In this document: positions 53,056-64,000 of the stretch, piece by piece
How positions within the stretch are numbered: position 1 is the first letter of the stretch
Layout of the letters: each line of letters opens with the position of its first letter
DNA from: an uncultured Gemmatimonadales bacterium
Lineage (GTDB): Bacteria > Gemmatimonadota > Gemmatimonadetes > Longimicrobiales > RSA9
DNA: 64,000 bases
Assembly (NCBI GenBank): GCA_963798085.1
Contig: CAWCRS010000005.1
Location: forward strand, 64,001-128,000
Reading direction: 5' to 3'
Program-made: the position numbers and the translations under genes
Notes under the pieces: model-generated
What the model saw: only the letters and a program-made list of their open reading frames with translations
Database searches by the model: none
What the model was told of the DNA's origin: nothing

Positions 53056-54936
53056 TCATCCGGCCTTACGGGACGCCTTCTTGCGATCGTGCGCCTTGCG
53101 ATGACGTTTGCGCAGCCGAATCGCGGCCGGGGTCACTTCCACCAGCTCGTCATCCGCTATGAATTCGAGCGCGGATTCCAGCGTGATCTGACGCGGCGTC
53201 TCCAGCAGGATCGCATCATCGGCGCCCGCGGCGCGGATGTTCGTCAGCTTCTTTCCTTTCGCCACATTCACTTCCAGGTCACCCGGCCGCGAGTGTTCGC
53301 CCGTGATCATGCCTTCGTACACATCCACACCCGGCCCGATGAAGAGCACGCCCCGCTCCTGCAGGTTCCAAAGCGCGAACGCCACGGAAACGCCATCGAC
53401 CATCGACACCATGACGCCGCGGTCGCGGCCCTTGATCGGACCCGCCCACTCGCCGTAGCCCGCGAAGCGATGGTGCAGCACGCCTTCGCCGCGCGTGTCC
53501 GTCAGGAATTCGCTGCGGTAGCCGAACAGGCCGCGCGCCGGGACCTTGTAGACAATGCGGACCAGTCCGCCCGACGGCGCACCGTCGGCGCCGCGACCGG
53601 CGTTCCGCATCTCCAGCATCTGCCCGCGCCGAATGCCCAGCCGCTCGATCACCACGCCAACGAACGCTTCCGGCACATCGATCACGACTTCCTCGTACGG
53701 CTCGAGCAGCTCGCCTTCCGCCGTGTGCCGCGTGATGATGCGCGGCCGCGAAACCGCGAACTCGTAACCCTCGCGCCGCATCGTCTCCATCAGGATGCCG
53801 AGGTGCAGCTCACCGCGACCCGACACCGTGAACGTATCGGGTGAATCCGTGTCCTCCACACGCAACGCTACATTGCGCTCGACCTCGCGATACAGACGCT
53901 CGCGCAGTTGCCGGCTGGTCACATACTTGCCGGCGCGACCCGAGAGCGGTGAGGTGTTCACCACGAAGTCCACCGACATGGTGGGCTCTTCGACGGCGAT
54001 GCCCGCCAGCGGTTCGGGATGCTCCGGGTCCGCGATCGTCGCGCCGATCTCGATTCCTTCCAGCCCCGCCAGCGCCACGATTTCACCGGCGCTCGCTTCC
54101 TGTACTTCCTGCCGCTGCAACCCTTCGAACGTGTAGAGGCGCGCCACCTTGCCCGGGCGAGGACCCGTTTCGCTCTGCTGCGCCGCCACCGCGTCCTCCA
54201 GCGCCGCCTCTTCACGCTCGTGCGCCAGCAGCACGACGGAGTCACCCAAATGCACGCGGCCGCGCTCGATGCGGCCGATCGCCATGCGTCCGAGATACGG
54301 CGAGTGGTCGATCGTCGACACCAGCAGCTGCAGCGGCCCATCCACGTTGGCGGGAGGCGCCGGCACGTTGCGCAGAATCGAGTCGAACAGCGGCACGAGG
54401 TCCTGTCGCGCATCGCTCAGCTCGCGCACCGCCCAGCCTTCGCGCGCCGACGCATACAGGAACGGTGCGTCCAGCTGCGCTTCGCTCGCCTCCAGCTCCA
54501 TGAACAACTCGAGCACTTCGTCGTGCACGCGCAGTGGCTCCGCGTCCACGCGATCCACCTTGTTGATCACTACCACCGGCTGCAGCCCCAGACCGAGCGC
54601 CTTGCGCGTCACGAAACGCGTCTGCGGCATCGGCCCGTCGAACGCATCCACCAGGATCAGCACGCCGTTCACCATGCGCAGAATGCGCTCCACCTCGCCG
54701 CCGAAGTCCGCGTGTCCGGGCGTGTCCACAATGTTGATCTTGTGATCGCGCCAGCGCACCGACGTGTTCTTCGAGAGAATCGTGATGCCCCGCTCTCGTT
54801 CGAGCGGATTGCTGTCCATCACACGCTCCTCCACCACCTGATTGGCGCGGAAGGTCCCCGCCTGGCGGAGCATCTGATCGACCAGTGTCGTCTTGCCGTG
54901 ATCGACGTGTGCTATGATGGCGACGTTGCGAATCAT
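53056..54936 (-). CDS. typA: Translational GTPase TypA/BipA
   Basis: [52 protein letters not shown]. Confidence 0.97.
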   Translation of the reverse strand: MIRNVAIIAHVDHGKTTLVDQMLRQAGTFRANQVVEERVMDSNPLERERGITILSKNTSVRWRDHKINIVDTPGHADFGGEVERILRMVNGVLILVDAFDGPMPQTRFVTRKALGLGLQPVVVINKVDRVDAEPLRVHDEVLELFMELEASEAQLDAPFLYASAREGWAVRELSDARQDLVPLFDSILRNVPAPPANVDGPLQLLVSTIDHSPYLGRMAIGRIERGRVHLGDSVVLLAHEREEAALEDAVAAQQSETGPRPGKVARLYTFEGLQRQEVQEASAGEIVALAGLEGIEIGATIADPEHPEPLAGIAVEEPTMSVDFVVNTSPLSGRAGKYVTSRQLRERLYREVERNVALRVEDTDSPDTFTVSGRGELHLGILMETMRREGYEFAVSRPRIITRHTAEGELLEPYEEVVIDVPEAFVGVVIERLGIRRGQMLEMRNAGRGADGAPSGGLVRIVYKVPARGLFGYRSEFLTDTRGEGVLHHRFAGYGEWAGPIKGRDRGVMVSMVDGVSVAFALWNLQERGVLFIGPGVDVYEGMITGEHSRPGDLEVNVAKGKKLTNIRAAGADDAILLETPRQITLESALEFIADDELVEVTPAAIRLRKRHRKAHDRKKASRKAG

Positions 54937-55244
54937 GTACTCATCCACGTTGCGGAAGCCGCGAGCCGGCCGCGGCCAAGCCGTAAAAGCTAACCACGCG
55001 ACGAAAGCGTCTCAAGCGTCCCCTATACCCGCTTCAGCACGCAGCGCTACCAGTGTCGGCGCCGGGACGCCCGCCCTGCGCGTCGCGCCACCCGTTTTTC
55101 CTGTGGCCCGCTGCCCCCCGCGCACTGCCGCGCCAGCCGCATCATCCCGATGCCCGCCGCCGAATTTTCAGCGCGCCTCCGCCCGGCTGCGCCGCAGTGC
55201 GGCCAGCCGCGCTGGCTGGCGTGGGGGGCTGCACCACGTGCGAC

Positions 55245-55282
55245 TTGACGCCCGGGCCCATCGATCTCTATATAGATAGAGA
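55245..55282 (+). promoter_or_regulatory. Sigma70-type promoter overlapped by a palindromic operator
   Basis: TTGACG (55245) +18 nt TATATA; palindrome TCTCTA-N6-TAGAGA at 55265-55282. Confidence 0.6.
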
Positions 55283-55329
55283 ACGGCGTAGGCGACGACA
55301 CGACCGCATACCCTGCAACCGCTCCGCTC

Positions 55330-56535
55330 ATGCTCCTGCGCTACCGCTGCCTCACACCGCTGCTGCTGGCCGGTTGTCATGCCGCCGCTCCCGCCCACCG
55401 CGCCATTACCGCCCGCGACAGTGCGGGGATTACGCTCATCGAGTCCACGGCACCTGCCTGGTCTGCGGGCGGGGCATGGCGGCTGGACACGCTGCCCGTG
55501 CTGCGCATCGGCCAGCAGGAAGGGGACGCGCATTTCCTGTTCGCGGGCATTGCCGGCGCGCTGCGGCTGAGCGACGGACGCATCGTGGTGGCGGACCGGA
55601 GCAGCAGCCAGCTGCGCTTCTACCAGCCCGATGGCGCATTTCAGCGCGCCGTCGGGCGCAGTGGCGAGGGTCCCGGCGAGTACCATTATCTGCGCGCCCT
55701 CGCCCGCTGCGGCAGCGACTCGCTGTTTGCGTTCAACATCGATTACAGCGCCAACGTCGTGGATACTGCCGGCGCGCTGCTGGGTGTCTGGAAGCCGCTC
55801 ATGCACGGTACGCAGCTCAGCGATCAGGCATACAACCTGAGCTGCTCGCGGCACGGCGTCTTCGTCGCGGTCGGGTGGGAGCATCCCGGTACCGGTCCGC
55901 GCATCGGCTTCTACCGCGCGCTCTCGCCCATGTGGCTGTGGCGCGAGGCAGCGGGCGACGCACGCCATGTGCGCCAGCCCGTCGAGCTGGGCGAGTTTCC
56001 TTCCAGCGAGCGCATTGGCACCGAGCACGGCAGTCGTCCCCACCCGTTCGGCCGCTCGACCCTGCTCGCGATTGCCGGGCACACGGTGATCGTTGGCGAT
56101 GAGGAAACGCTCGGTTATCGCGAGTACGGACTCGACGGCCTGCTGCAGCGTATCGTGCGCGGCCCGTGGCAGGATCTGACGATCAGGCCGGAGCATGTGG
56201 CCGCCTATCGTGAGCAGCGGCTGGCGCTCGCGGAGCCCGAGTCGCGACCCGCCATCGAGCGCGAACTGCGTGACATGCCCCTGCCACCTTCGTTCCCCGC
56301 GTACACGGCCCTGCAGACGGACACAGCGGGCGACGTCTGGCTGCGGCGTTACCTGCCGCCGGGCGTGGGGGGACAGCGCTGGGTCGTCTTTGCGGCGGAC
56401 GGCACCTGCCTGGGCGAAGTGCCCATGCCACCGGCGCTCACGGTGCTGGAGATCGGAACTGACTATGTGTTAGGGGTGCTGCAGGACGAGCTGGGCGTGG
56501 AACGGGTAGCGCTGTACCGGCTTCTGAAACCGTAG
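55330..56535 (+). CDS. Lipoprotein, 6-bladed beta-propeller-like
   Basis: Lipobox LAGC; DGRIVVAD, GRSGEGPGEY, D..GDVW, DELGVERV motifs. Confidence 0.78.
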   Translation: MLLRYRCLTPLLLAGCHAAAPAHRAITARDSAGITLIESTAPAWSAGGAWRLDTLPVLRIGQQEGDAHFLFAGIAGALRLSDGRIVVADRSSSQLRFYQPDGAFQRAVGRSGEGPGEYHYLRALARCGSDSLFAFNIDYSANVVDTAGALLGVWKPLMHGTQLSDQAYNLSCSRHGVFVAVGWEHPGTGPRIGFYRALSPMWLWREAAGDARHVRQPVELGEFPSSERIGTEHGSRPHPFGRSTLLAIAGHTVIVGDEETLGYREYGLDGLLQRIVRGPWQDLTIRPEHVAAYREQRLALAEPESRPAIERELRDMPLPPSFPAYTALQTDTAGDVWLRRYLPPGVGGQRWVVFAADGTCLGEVPMPPALTVLEIGTDYVLGVLQDELGVERVALYRLLKP

Positions 56536-56586
56536 CAGGGGCCGGGTAGCGGATGGAACAGCGGGTGTCCTGAACGGGGTCATGCC

Positions 56587-56901
56587 ATGCGAATGACGTA
56601 TCCCACGGCTGTGGTGCTGGCGGCGCTGGCGCACGGCTTCGCGTACGGGTTCGAGATCATCGACGCGACAGGCCTGCGCGCCGGCACGGTCTATCCGATA
56701 CTGCGGCGGCTGGAGCAGGATCGTCTGCTGCGCTCCAGCTGGGAGCGCATCTCGGTGGCGCGCGCCGATGGCCGGCCGCCTCGCCGCAACTATCGCCTGA
56801 CGAGTGCGGGTCAGGACGCCGTGCGTGACGCGCAGGCGCGCTATCCCGCGATCGACCGACTGTTCGGGCTCGCGCCGGGAAGCGGTACGGCGACAGCATG
56901 A
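56587..56901 (+). CDS. PadR-family transcriptional regulator
   Basis: [24 protein letters not shown]. Confidence 0.92.
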   Translation: MRMTYPTAVVLAALAHGFAYGFEIIDATGLRAGTVYPILRRLEQDRLLRSSWERISVARADGRPPRRNYRLTSAGQDAVRDAQARYPAIDRLFGLAPGSGTATA

Positions 56902-59522
56902 GTCCCTCTCGGGGAGGCGATATGCAACCGTCGTCGAATCCGCCGGGCCGTGCGCTCCTCTTGCTGTTTGCGCGCCTGGTGCCGGGTCCTCGGCGCGACG
57001 AATGGCTCGCCGAATGGCGTGGCGAACTGCTGTATGCGCAGGCCGCCGCGCGTTCCGTGGGCGAGCCCGGCCTGCGTACGCGGGTGCGCCTCTATGCGCG
57101 TGCCTTCGGCTCGCTGGGTGATGCCCGCTATCTGCGCCGGGCAGCCGGGGGCGGTGGCGGGCGCAGCTTCCTGCGCGACGGGATGCGCGGCCTGGCGCGG
57201 CGCCCCGGCTTCGCCCTGGCCGTCGTGGGAACGCTGGCGCTGGGTATGGGCGCGGCCACGGCCATCTTCAGTGTCGTGGATGGCCTGCTGCTGCGTCCCC
57301 TGCCCTTCCGCGACCCATCCCGCCTGGTCGAAGTGTACGCGCCCGACATGGGGCGTACGGTCGACAGCGATGCCTGGCGCGAATGGCGCGCGCAGGACCG
57401 CGTGTTCGCGGCGCTTCGCGCGCATGCCAAACGCAGCATGGTGCTGACCGGTGAGAGCGAGGCGCGCACCATCGGGGTCGAGTTGCTGGAGCCGGGCTTC
57501 CTGGACATGCTGGGCATACGGCCTGTGCTGGGCCGCGAATTCCGGCCCGGCGAGACCGCGCCCGGCCGTGATAACGTTGTGTTATTGGGCGACGAATTGT
57601 GGCGCAGTGCGTTCGGCGCCAGCCGCGACATCCTGGGTCGCAGCATCCGTCTGGACGATCAGCCGTACACCGTAATCGGGGTGCTGCCGCCCGCACTGCG
57701 GCTGCTGCCCGGGGGTCTGGTTCACGCCGTGGCGCCCCTGCCGGATCCCCTCCCGTCGGCGCTGAACCGGCTCATGGTCCTGGGTCGTCTGCGCGACGAT
57801 GTGCCGCTTGCCGCAGCGCAGGCTCGCCTCGATGCAGTGACTGCCGTTCTCACGCACGATCAGCCGCGCAGCGCGGGCTGGAAAGTTCAGCTGGAACCAC
57901 TGCGCAGGATGCTTACGGGCAGCACACGGCCGGTGCTGCTGGCGCTGCTGATCGCTGTCACGTTCCTCCTGCTCATCGCGTGCGCGAATGCGGCGGGCCT
58001 GCTCTTCGTGCGCGGTCTGGCGCGCGAGTCGGAGCTGGCAATCCGTCGCGCGCTGGGTGCGCCTCGCCTGGCACTGTTCCGCGATGTGCTGGCGGAGAGC
58101 ATGCTGCTCGCGCTGCTGGCCGGAGGTGCTGCCATTCTCATCGGCTGGTGGGGGGTACGCGGACTGCTGGCGCTGGCGCCGCCCGATGTCCTGCGGTTCA
58201 GCTACACGACCGTGGTGGTGGACGCGCGCATTTACGGCTTTGCCCTGCTGCTGACGGTCCTGACCGGTCTGTTCTTCGGGGTTGTACCGGCATTGCGCGC
58301 GACACGCGTCGCGGGCAGCCGCGTGACCAGCGTACGCGCCGTCACGGCTTCCTCATCCCAGCTGCGAATGCGTCGTACCGTACAGATCGTGCAGCTGGGC
58401 CTGGCGGTGACACTGCTGGCCGGCGCCGGCCTTGCGGCGCGCAGCTTCCTGCGCCTGCTGTCTCTGCCGCCCGGTTTCGACGCGCGCAACCTGCTGGAGC
58501 TGCAGCTCTCGAGTCGGCGTCGCGCCGATCCGGCCGCGCGCGTGGCCTTCAACAGCGATCTGGATGCGCGGCTGCGAGCTCTGCCCGGCGTGCTGGGCGT
58601 CGCGTGGTCGTACGGAGCCAACCTCTATTTCGAAGACAACCTGCGCACCGAAACGGGTGAAGCGCGTGCGACCAACGGCATGGTGATCACCGGCGCCGAT
58701 GTCGACACGAGCTATTTCCGCGTGCGCCGCATTGCGGTTCTGGAAGGCCGCGCCTTCAACGCCGGCGACCTGGGCGAAGGCGTTCATTTCACGATCATCA
58801 ATCGCGCGCTCGCCCGGCTGTTGTGGCCGGATCACAGCGCGGTGGGTCATGCCTTCCGCATTCACCCGGACGAGCCTCTGCAGACCGTGGTCGGCGTAGT
58901 GGATCACGTCAGGCTCGTCGGTTATGACGACCGCCGTTACCCCTTCATGGCGTTGACGCCGCGAGCGCTCGCCGGCTTCGGCTACGCAACGGTTTCGATC
59001 CGTACCTCCGGCGCACCGGCCCTGCTCGCGCCGGCGGTGCGCCAGCTCGTGCACGAACTCGATCCCGGACAGCCCATCATCAGTGTACAGACCGCGCAAC
59101 AGGCACTCGCGGATTCCGTGGCCCAGCAGCGCTTCCTGCTCGTGCTCATGAGTGTGTTCGGCCTGTCCGCACTGCTGGTCGCGGCGGTGGGCGTATATGG
59201 CCTGGTGTCGTTCTCCGTCGGCCAGCGCGCGCACGAGATCGGCATCCGCATGGCCGTCGGCGCGCGCTCCGGCGAAGTGCTGCGCGGCGTGTTCGGCGGC
59301 GGCATGCTGCTGGGCGTGATCGGCGTAACGCTGGGCCTGCTCACCGCCGCCGCGCTGTCGCGTTTTACGGCCAGTCTGCTGTTCGAAGTCTCCCCGCTCG
59401 ACCCGCTGACCTACGCGCTCGTCGCCGTCTTCCTGCTCGTCGCCTGCGCGCTGGCCCTGCTCGCGCCCGCACGAAAAGCCGCGCGCACGGATCCGCTTTC
59501 CATTCTTCGAACAGACTGCTAG
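56898..59522 (+). CDS. Duplicated MacB/FtsX-type ABC permease (ADOP family)
   Basis: ATGA overlap with pad[38 protein letters not shown]; no ATPase gene adjacent. Confidence 0.9.
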   Translation: MSPSRGGDMQPSSNPPGRALLLLFARLVPGPRRDEWLAEWRGELLYAQAAARSVGEPGLRTRVRLYARAFGSLGDARYLRRAAGGGGGRSFLRDGMRGLARRPGFALAVVGTLALGMGAATAIFSVVDGLLLRPLPFRDPSRLVEVYAPDMGRTVDSDAWREWRAQDRVFAALRAHAKRSMVLTGESEARTIGVELLEPGFLDMLGIRPVLGREFRPGETAPGRDNVVLLGDELWRSAFGASRDILGRSIRLDDQPYTVIGVLPPALRLLPGGLVHAVAPLPDPLPSALNRLMVLGRLRDDVPLAAAQARLDAVTAVLTHDQPRSAGWKVQLEPLRRMLTGSTRPVLLALLIAVTFLLLIACANAAGLLFVRGLARESELAIRRALGAPRLALFRDVLAESMLLALLAGGAAILIGWWGVRGLLALAPPDVLRFSYTTVVVDARIYGFALLLTVLTGLFFGVVPALRATRVAGSRVTSVRAVTASSSQLRMRRTVQIVQLGLAVTLLAGAGLAARSFLRLLSLPPGFDARNLLELQLSSRRRADPAARVAFNSDLDARLRALPGVLGVAWSYGANLYFEDNLRTETGEARATNGMVITGADVDTSYFRVRRIAVLEGRAFNAGDLGEGVHFTIINRALARLLWPDHSAVGHAFRIHPDEPLQTVVGVVDHVRLVGYDDRRYPFMALTPRALAGFGYATVSIRTSGAPALLAPAVRQLVHELDPGQPIISVQTAQQALADSVAQQRFLLVLMSVFGLSALLVAAVGVYGLVSFSVGQRAHEIGIRMAVGARSGEVLRGVFGGGMLLGVIGVTLGLLTAAALSRFTASLLFEVSPLDPLTYALVAVFLLVACALALLAPARKAARTDPLSILRTDC

Positions 59523-59782
59523 GGGGAGGGTGAGGGGAAAGGCCGGGTTCAGGGGTCGGACGCGGGCGAGGGCACCCGTTGAGGGGTGGGGGAGGGGGAC
59601 CAGTCCCACTCCCCTTCTCCATTCCCGTACACGCTTCCCCTCCTCCGCCCCCGATCCGTCTCCCTGCCCCTGCCCCTCTCCCCCATCCTGACAGGCTGTT
59701 AGACGGGGAATGGGAACGTGGAAGGGCAGGGAGAGGGGTCCGAGGCGGAGGAGGGGGAGAGTTCAGGGAAATGGGCAAGGGC
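59521..59782. repeat. Purine/pyrimidine-segregated G-run element with a long imperfect inverted repeat
   Basis: G-rich block, C-rich block, G-rich block; arms about 59637-59690 and 59702-59757 are complementary. Confidence 0.7.
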
Positions 59783-59803
59783 AACCGATTGGCATGACCT
59801 CGG

Positions 59804-60763
59804 TCATTCCCGAGCGGCAATGTTGTATACGCTGCGGTGATCGAGCTGCACGGTGACGTGCGAGATGCCGAAATCCTCGTGCATGCGCCGATGGATGTCG
59901 GTGAGGATGCGCTTGTAGTCGTTGAGGTCGGTGATCTGGGCGTGGCCGCTCATGGCGATGACGCCGCTGGTGAGCGTCCAGACGTGCAGGTCGTCGACGC
60001 CTTCCACGCCCTGCACGCCGGCGATGGCGACGCGCACGGCGGCGAGATCGATGTCCGGTGGTGTGCCTTCCAGCAGGATGTCCACGGACTCGCGCACCAG
60101 GCGCCAGCCGCCCAGCAGGATGAGCCCGCCCACGAGGCAGGAGATGAGCGGGTCCGCGGTCAGCCAGCCCGTGCTCATGATGACGACGGCCGCGACGATG
60201 GCGCCGATGGAGCCGAGCATGTCGCCCAGCACGTGCAGATAGGCGCCGCGCATGTTGAGACTGTGGCCGGAGGAGCGGTGCAGGATCAGGGCAGCGACGA
60301 TGTTCACCAGCAGACCGGCGACGGCTACGCCCAGCATGATGCCGCCCTCGACGCCGGGCGGCGCGCGGAAGCGCACCCAAGCCTGCCAGAAGATGGCGAT
60401 GGAGATCACGGCGAGGGTGAGGCCGTTGGCGAGTGCGGCAAGGATCTCGAGGCGCAGCCAGCCATAGCTCTTGCCGCGGCTCGGCGGGCGCTCGGCCATC
60501 GAGATGGCGAACAATGAAAGACCCAGCGCCGCGACGTCGCTCAGCATGTGGCCGGCGTCCGCCATAAGCGCGAGCGAATTCGCCATCCAGCCGCCCGCGA
60601 ACTCCACCACCATGAACGTGGCGGTGAGCAGCAGGACAATGGTGAGTCGCCTGCGTCCTGCACCACTGCCGTTGCGCCTGCCGAATACACCAGGCGTGGA
60701 CGTGCTCGCCTGACCGTTCCGGCCGTGCGAATGCCCGTGATCGTGTAGATGATGCGCCGCCAT
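59804..60763 (-). CDS. Cation diffusion facilitator (CzcD/ZitB-like Zn/Co/Cd exporter)
   Basis: His-rich N-terminus, SLALMADAGHMLSD, AYLHVLGD, DLHVW, HVTVQ. Confidence 0.93.
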   Translation of the reverse strand: MAAHHLHDHGHSHGRNGQASTSTPGVFGRRNGSGAGRRRLTIVLLLTATFMVVEFAGGWMANSLALMADAGHMLSDVAALGLSLFAISMAERPPSRGKSYGWLRLEILAALANGLTLAVISIAIFWQAWVRFRAPPGVEGGIMLGVAVAGLLVNIVAALILHRSSGHSLNMRGAYLHVLGDMLGSIGAIVAAVVIMSTGWLTADPLISCLVGGLILLGGWRLVRESVDILLEGTPPDIDLAAVRVAIAGVQGVEGVDDLHVWTLTSGVIAMSGHAQITDLNDYKRILTDIHRRMHEDFGISHVTVQLDHRSVYNIAARE

Positions 60764-61100
60764 CGCTGCAAGTCTAGGCGACGCGTGCTGCGACGTCCAC
60801 GCCGCGGGCGAAGGGGCGGGACCGCTCGCGCTCGCCGTGAGCGCGGGCTTCGGTTGCTCCCCGGGCGCAGTGCCGCTAAGTTGCAATATGCCGAGCCCGG
60901 CGACGTAATCCAATTCGTTGGGGTGTAATGAAATACGCGTCTGCAACCGGGCTCTTCGCGTACCCCGGATTGCGCCACAAAGCGCCCTGTCCTGCCGGGC
61001 GCCCCGGGCGACACGCGGCGAGCCGGTTTGTCCTTTTGCCGCTGCCGTATCCGCTTCGCCATGCCGCGCGCCGTGCGCGCTGCGGCTGAGCCCGCCGTCC

Positions 61101-64000
61101 ATGTCTTTCGTTCACCTGCACACGCACAGCGAGTTCTCGCTGCTGGACGGCGCCAATCGTCTGGATGATCTCATTCGGCGGGCGCTGGAGCTGGAGATGC
61201 CCGCGCTGGCGCTCACGGATCACGGCTCGATGTACGGCGCGTGGTCGTTCCAATCGAGCGCCCGGCGACACGGGCTCAAGCCGATCCTGGGCATGGAGGC
61301 ATACGTCGCGCCCGGTGACCGGCGCGATCGCTCGCCGCGCTCGGCCAGCAATGCGTCCCGTGCACCGCAGGGCAGCTACCTCGGCGATGAGAGGTACTAC
61401 CATCTCGTGCTGCTGGCGCGGGACGAGGAAGGCTATCGCAATCTCGTCCGGCTCACATCGATCGGGTTCCTGGAAGGCTTCTATCACCGCCCGCGCATCG
61501 ATCGCGAAGTGCTGGCGCAGTACGCGGGCGGACTGATCGTTTCCTCGGCGTGCATGGCGGGTGAGGTCGCGCGCCATCTCATGAACGGCCGTCACGATGC
61601 CGCGCGCGAAGCCGCGTCCTGGTACGCCAACACCTTTCCCGACCGCTACTACCTCGAGGTGCAGGCGCACGACTCGACGGGCCAGCACGCGCTGAACGAG
61701 CAGGTATTCTCGCTCGCGCAGGAACTCGGAGTACCCGTCGTCGCCACCAATGATGCGCACTTCCTGCGCGCGGCCGATCATGATGCGCACGATGTGCTGC
61801 TGTGCATCGGCCTGGGCAAGGATCGCAGCGACGCGGACCGCATGCGCTACGACCGCGGTCTCTACTTCAAGACGCCGGCGGAGATCGCCGAGCGCTTTCC
61901 CGACCATCCGGAGGTGCTGCAGAACACGCTGGCGATTGCGGAGACCGTGGATGTGCCGTTCCGCAAGCAGTACCACCTGCCCAGCTTCCCGCTGCCTGCG
62001 GGCGCCACCGATGCGGATTCCTTTCTGCGCACGCTCACCGAGCGGGGCGCGCACCAGCGCCTGGGCGCCAAACTGTCGCAGGAGTTCCGCGAGCGGCTGG
62101 ACTACGAGCTGGACGTCATCATCAGCACGGGCTACGCGGGCTATTTCCTGATCGTCCAGGACTTCATCAACTGGGCCAAGGACCGCGGCATCCCGGTGGG
62201 GCCGGGGCGTGGATCTTCGGCCGGTTCACTGGTGGCGTACTGCCTGCGCATCACCGACGTCGAGCCGCTGCGCTTCGACCTGCTGTTCGAGCGCTTCCTC
62301 AATCCCGACCGCATTTCCATGCCGGACATCGACGTGGACTTCTGCTACGAGCGGCGGGGCGAGGTGATCGAGTACGTGCGCGAGAAGTACGGTCGCGATT
62401 CGGTGGGCCAGATCATCACGTTCGGCACCATGAAGTCGCGTGCCGTGATCCGCGACGTGGGCCGCGTGCTCGGCTTCGAGCCGGCCGAGACCGACCGCCT
62501 GGCCAAGCTGATCCCGAACGCGCCTAACAATTCATTGACGGTGGCCGAAGCGGCCGAGAAGGTGAGCGAGCTGCGCGCGCTGTACGAGTCGGACCCCAAG
62601 GTGCACCAGCTCATCGACTATGCGCGCGTGCTCGAGGGTCTCTCGCGTCATGCCAGCGTGCACGCGGCCGGCATCGTGATCGCGCCCGGACCGGTGCAGG
62701 ATTACGTGCCGGTGTGCACGCAGCCCACGCGCGGGGCCGCGGCGGCGGCCGAATCCGAGGAGAGCGTGCTGGTCACGCAGTGGGACATGACGGCGCTCGA
62801 GCAGGCCGGCATGCTCAAGATGGACTTCCTCGGCCTGAAGACACTGACCGTCGTGCACGATGCAGTGGCGTGGGTGCGGCAGCGGCACGGTTCGCTGCGC
62901 CATCCGCTTACCGGCATCGAGTACGCGTCCATGGACGATGTGCCACTCGACGACCCGGGCATCTACGAGATGCTCTCGCGCGGCGGCACCATGGGCGTGT
63001 TCCAGTTCGAATCGTCGCTGGCTACCGACAAGCTGCGCGCCATGCGCTGCGACCGCTTCGAGGATCTGATCGCCACTAACGCGCTCATACGGCCGGGCAC
63101 GCTCGACAGCGGCATGACCGACGTCTACATCCGCCGCAAGCTGGGCAAGGAGCCGGTGCGCTACCCGCACCCGGTGCTGGCGGAGGTGCTCGCGTCGACG
63201 TACGGCGTCATCACCTACCAGGAGCAGGTGATGCGCACGGCGCAGGTGCTGGCCGGCTTCAGTCTGGCCGAAGCCGATGTGCTGCGTTACGCAGTGGGCA
63301 AGAAGGATGCGGAGAAGATCCAGCAGGAGCTGGCGAAGCTGAAGGAGCGGGCAGTGGCGCGCGGCATCGAGCAGCGCGTCGCCGATGAGATCGCGGACCT
63401 GCTGGTGACCTTCGGTCGCTACGGCTTCCCGCGCGCACACAGCGTCGCCTACGCGCTCGTGAGTTACCAGACGGCCTGGCTGAAGCGCTACTATCCGGCC
63501 GAGTACATGGCCGCGCTGCTCTCCTCCGTGGTGGACAAAACCGACGATGTGGTCCAGTATATCTCGGAGTGCCGTGAGCTGGGCCGTTCGGTTCCGGAAC
63601 GGCCATCCGGGATCCAGGTGCTGCCCCCGGACGTCAACGAGTCGTCTTTCAAGTTCACGCCGGTTTCCGACGACGAGATCCGCTTCGGCCTGGGCGCGTT
63701 GCGCGGCCTGGGCGCGGCGGCCGTCGGCTCGATCCTCGAAACGCGCAAGGCCGGCGGACCGTTCCGCTCTCTCTTCGATCTCGCGGAGCGTGTGGACCTG
63801 CGCCTTGCCGGCAAGCGTTCGCTGGAAGCGCTGATCCTGGCCGGTGCCTGCGACAAGTTCGGTCATCGCGCGCAGCTCATGGCGGGCCTGGAGACAGTGG
63901 TGCGCGAAGCCCAGCTGCGGCACGAGGAGCGCATCAGCGGCCAGGGCTCGTTGTTCGACATGGGCGACGCTTCGGGTCTGCCCGCGCGGCCGGAACCGCT
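61101..64000 (+). CDS. dnaE: DNA polymerase III alpha subunit, 3'-truncated by window edge
   Basis: MSFVHLHTHSEFSLLDG (PHP), ALTDHG, GPGRGSSAGSLV, FERFLNPDRISMPDIDVDF, KMDFLGL; frame continues to the window end. Confidence 0.97.
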   Translation, partial: MSFVHLHTHSEFSLLDGANRLDDLIRRALELEMPALALTDHGSMYGAWSFQSSARRHGLKPILGMEAYVAPGDRRDRSPRSASNASRAPQGSYLGDERYYHLVLLARDEEGYRNLVRLTSIGFLEGFYHRPRIDREVLAQYAGGLIVSSACMAGEVARHLMNGRHDAAREAASWYANTFPDRYYLEVQAHDSTGQHALNEQVFSLAQELGVPVVATNDAHFLRAADHDAHDVLLCIGLGKDRSDADRMRYDRGLYFKTPAEIAERFPDHPEVLQNTLAIAETVDVPFRKQYHLPSFPLPAGATDADSFLRTLTERGAHQRLGAKLSQEFRERLDYELDVIISTGYAGYFLIVQDFINWAKDRGIPVGPGRGSSAGSLVAYCLRITDVEPLRFDLLFERFLNPDRISMPDIDVDFCYERRGEVIEYVREKYGRDSVGQIITFGTMKSRAVIRDVGRVLGFEPAETDRLAKLIPNAPNNSLTVAEAAEKVSELRALYESDPKVHQLIDYARVLEGLSRHASVHAAGIVIAPGPVQDYVPVCTQPTRGAAAAAESEESVLVTQWDMTALEQAGMLKMDFLGLKTLTVVHDAVAWVRQRHGSLRHPLTGIEYASMDDVPLDDPGIYEMLSRGGTMGVFQFESSLATDKLRAMRCDRFEDLIATNALIRPGTLDSGMTDVYIRRKLGKEPVRYPHPVLAEVLASTYGVITYQEQVMRTAQVLAGFSLAEADVLRYAVGKKDAEKIQQELAKLKERAVARGIEQRVADEIADLLVTFGRYGFPRAHSVAYALVSYQTAWLKRYYPAEYMAALLSSVVDKTDDVVQYISECRELGRSVPERPSGIQVLPPDVNESSFKFTPVSDDEIRFGLGALRGLGAAAVGSILETRKAGGPFRSLFDLAERVDLRLAGKRSLEALILAGACDKFGHRAQLMAGLETVVREAQLRHEERISGQGSLFDMGDASGLPARPEP

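Noticed and set aside
60764..61100. NiCo (czcD) riboswitch upstream of the CDF gene
   Set aside because: I could not find the conserved four-way-junction sequence elements on the minus strand.
61101..64000. Intein in dnaE, or an error-prone DnaE2 (motif YGFPRAHS instead of YGFNKSH)
   Set aside because: The frame is continuous with no intein-sized insert; PHP and FERFLNPDR motifs are replicative type; no imuA/imuB adjacent.

Overview
High-GC bacterial chromosome segment. The gene repertoire (PadR/ADOP permease pair, Gly/Arg-rich secreted peptidases, kinase types) suggests Gemmatimonadota; this is an inference. At least eight otherwise intact genes carry small frameshifts, which is typical of long-read indel error. 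Core genes: PLP aminotransferase, SRAP peptidase, ATP-dependent DNA ligase, typA/bipA, dnaE, a CDF metal exporter and a stand-alone tRNA-Ile(GAT). Three accessory systems stand out. (1) 35.7-42.6 kb, the best candidate for an undescribed system: a sigma54 enhancer-binding protein converges on a four-gene operon that has a sigma54 promoter and an exact IHF site. The operon encodes an acidic glycine-zipper protein, a HEXXH metallopeptidase-like protein, a large unknown protein and a signal-less N-acetylmuramidase; the first and last share Glu/aromatic 'FEFE/FELE' motifs. The first gene has an in-frame TGA just before a coding-like C-terminal tail. (2) 7.0-14.1 kb: a peptide-ligase cluster (three ATP-grasp types, a GCS2 ligase, a C26 amidohydrolase, two esterases) with no known product. 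(3) 16.8-24.9 kb: TPR protein, ~1650-aa Big_2/DUF11 lipoprotein and a membrane pseudokinase-PEGA protein. No CRISPR array, integrase or transposase was seen.
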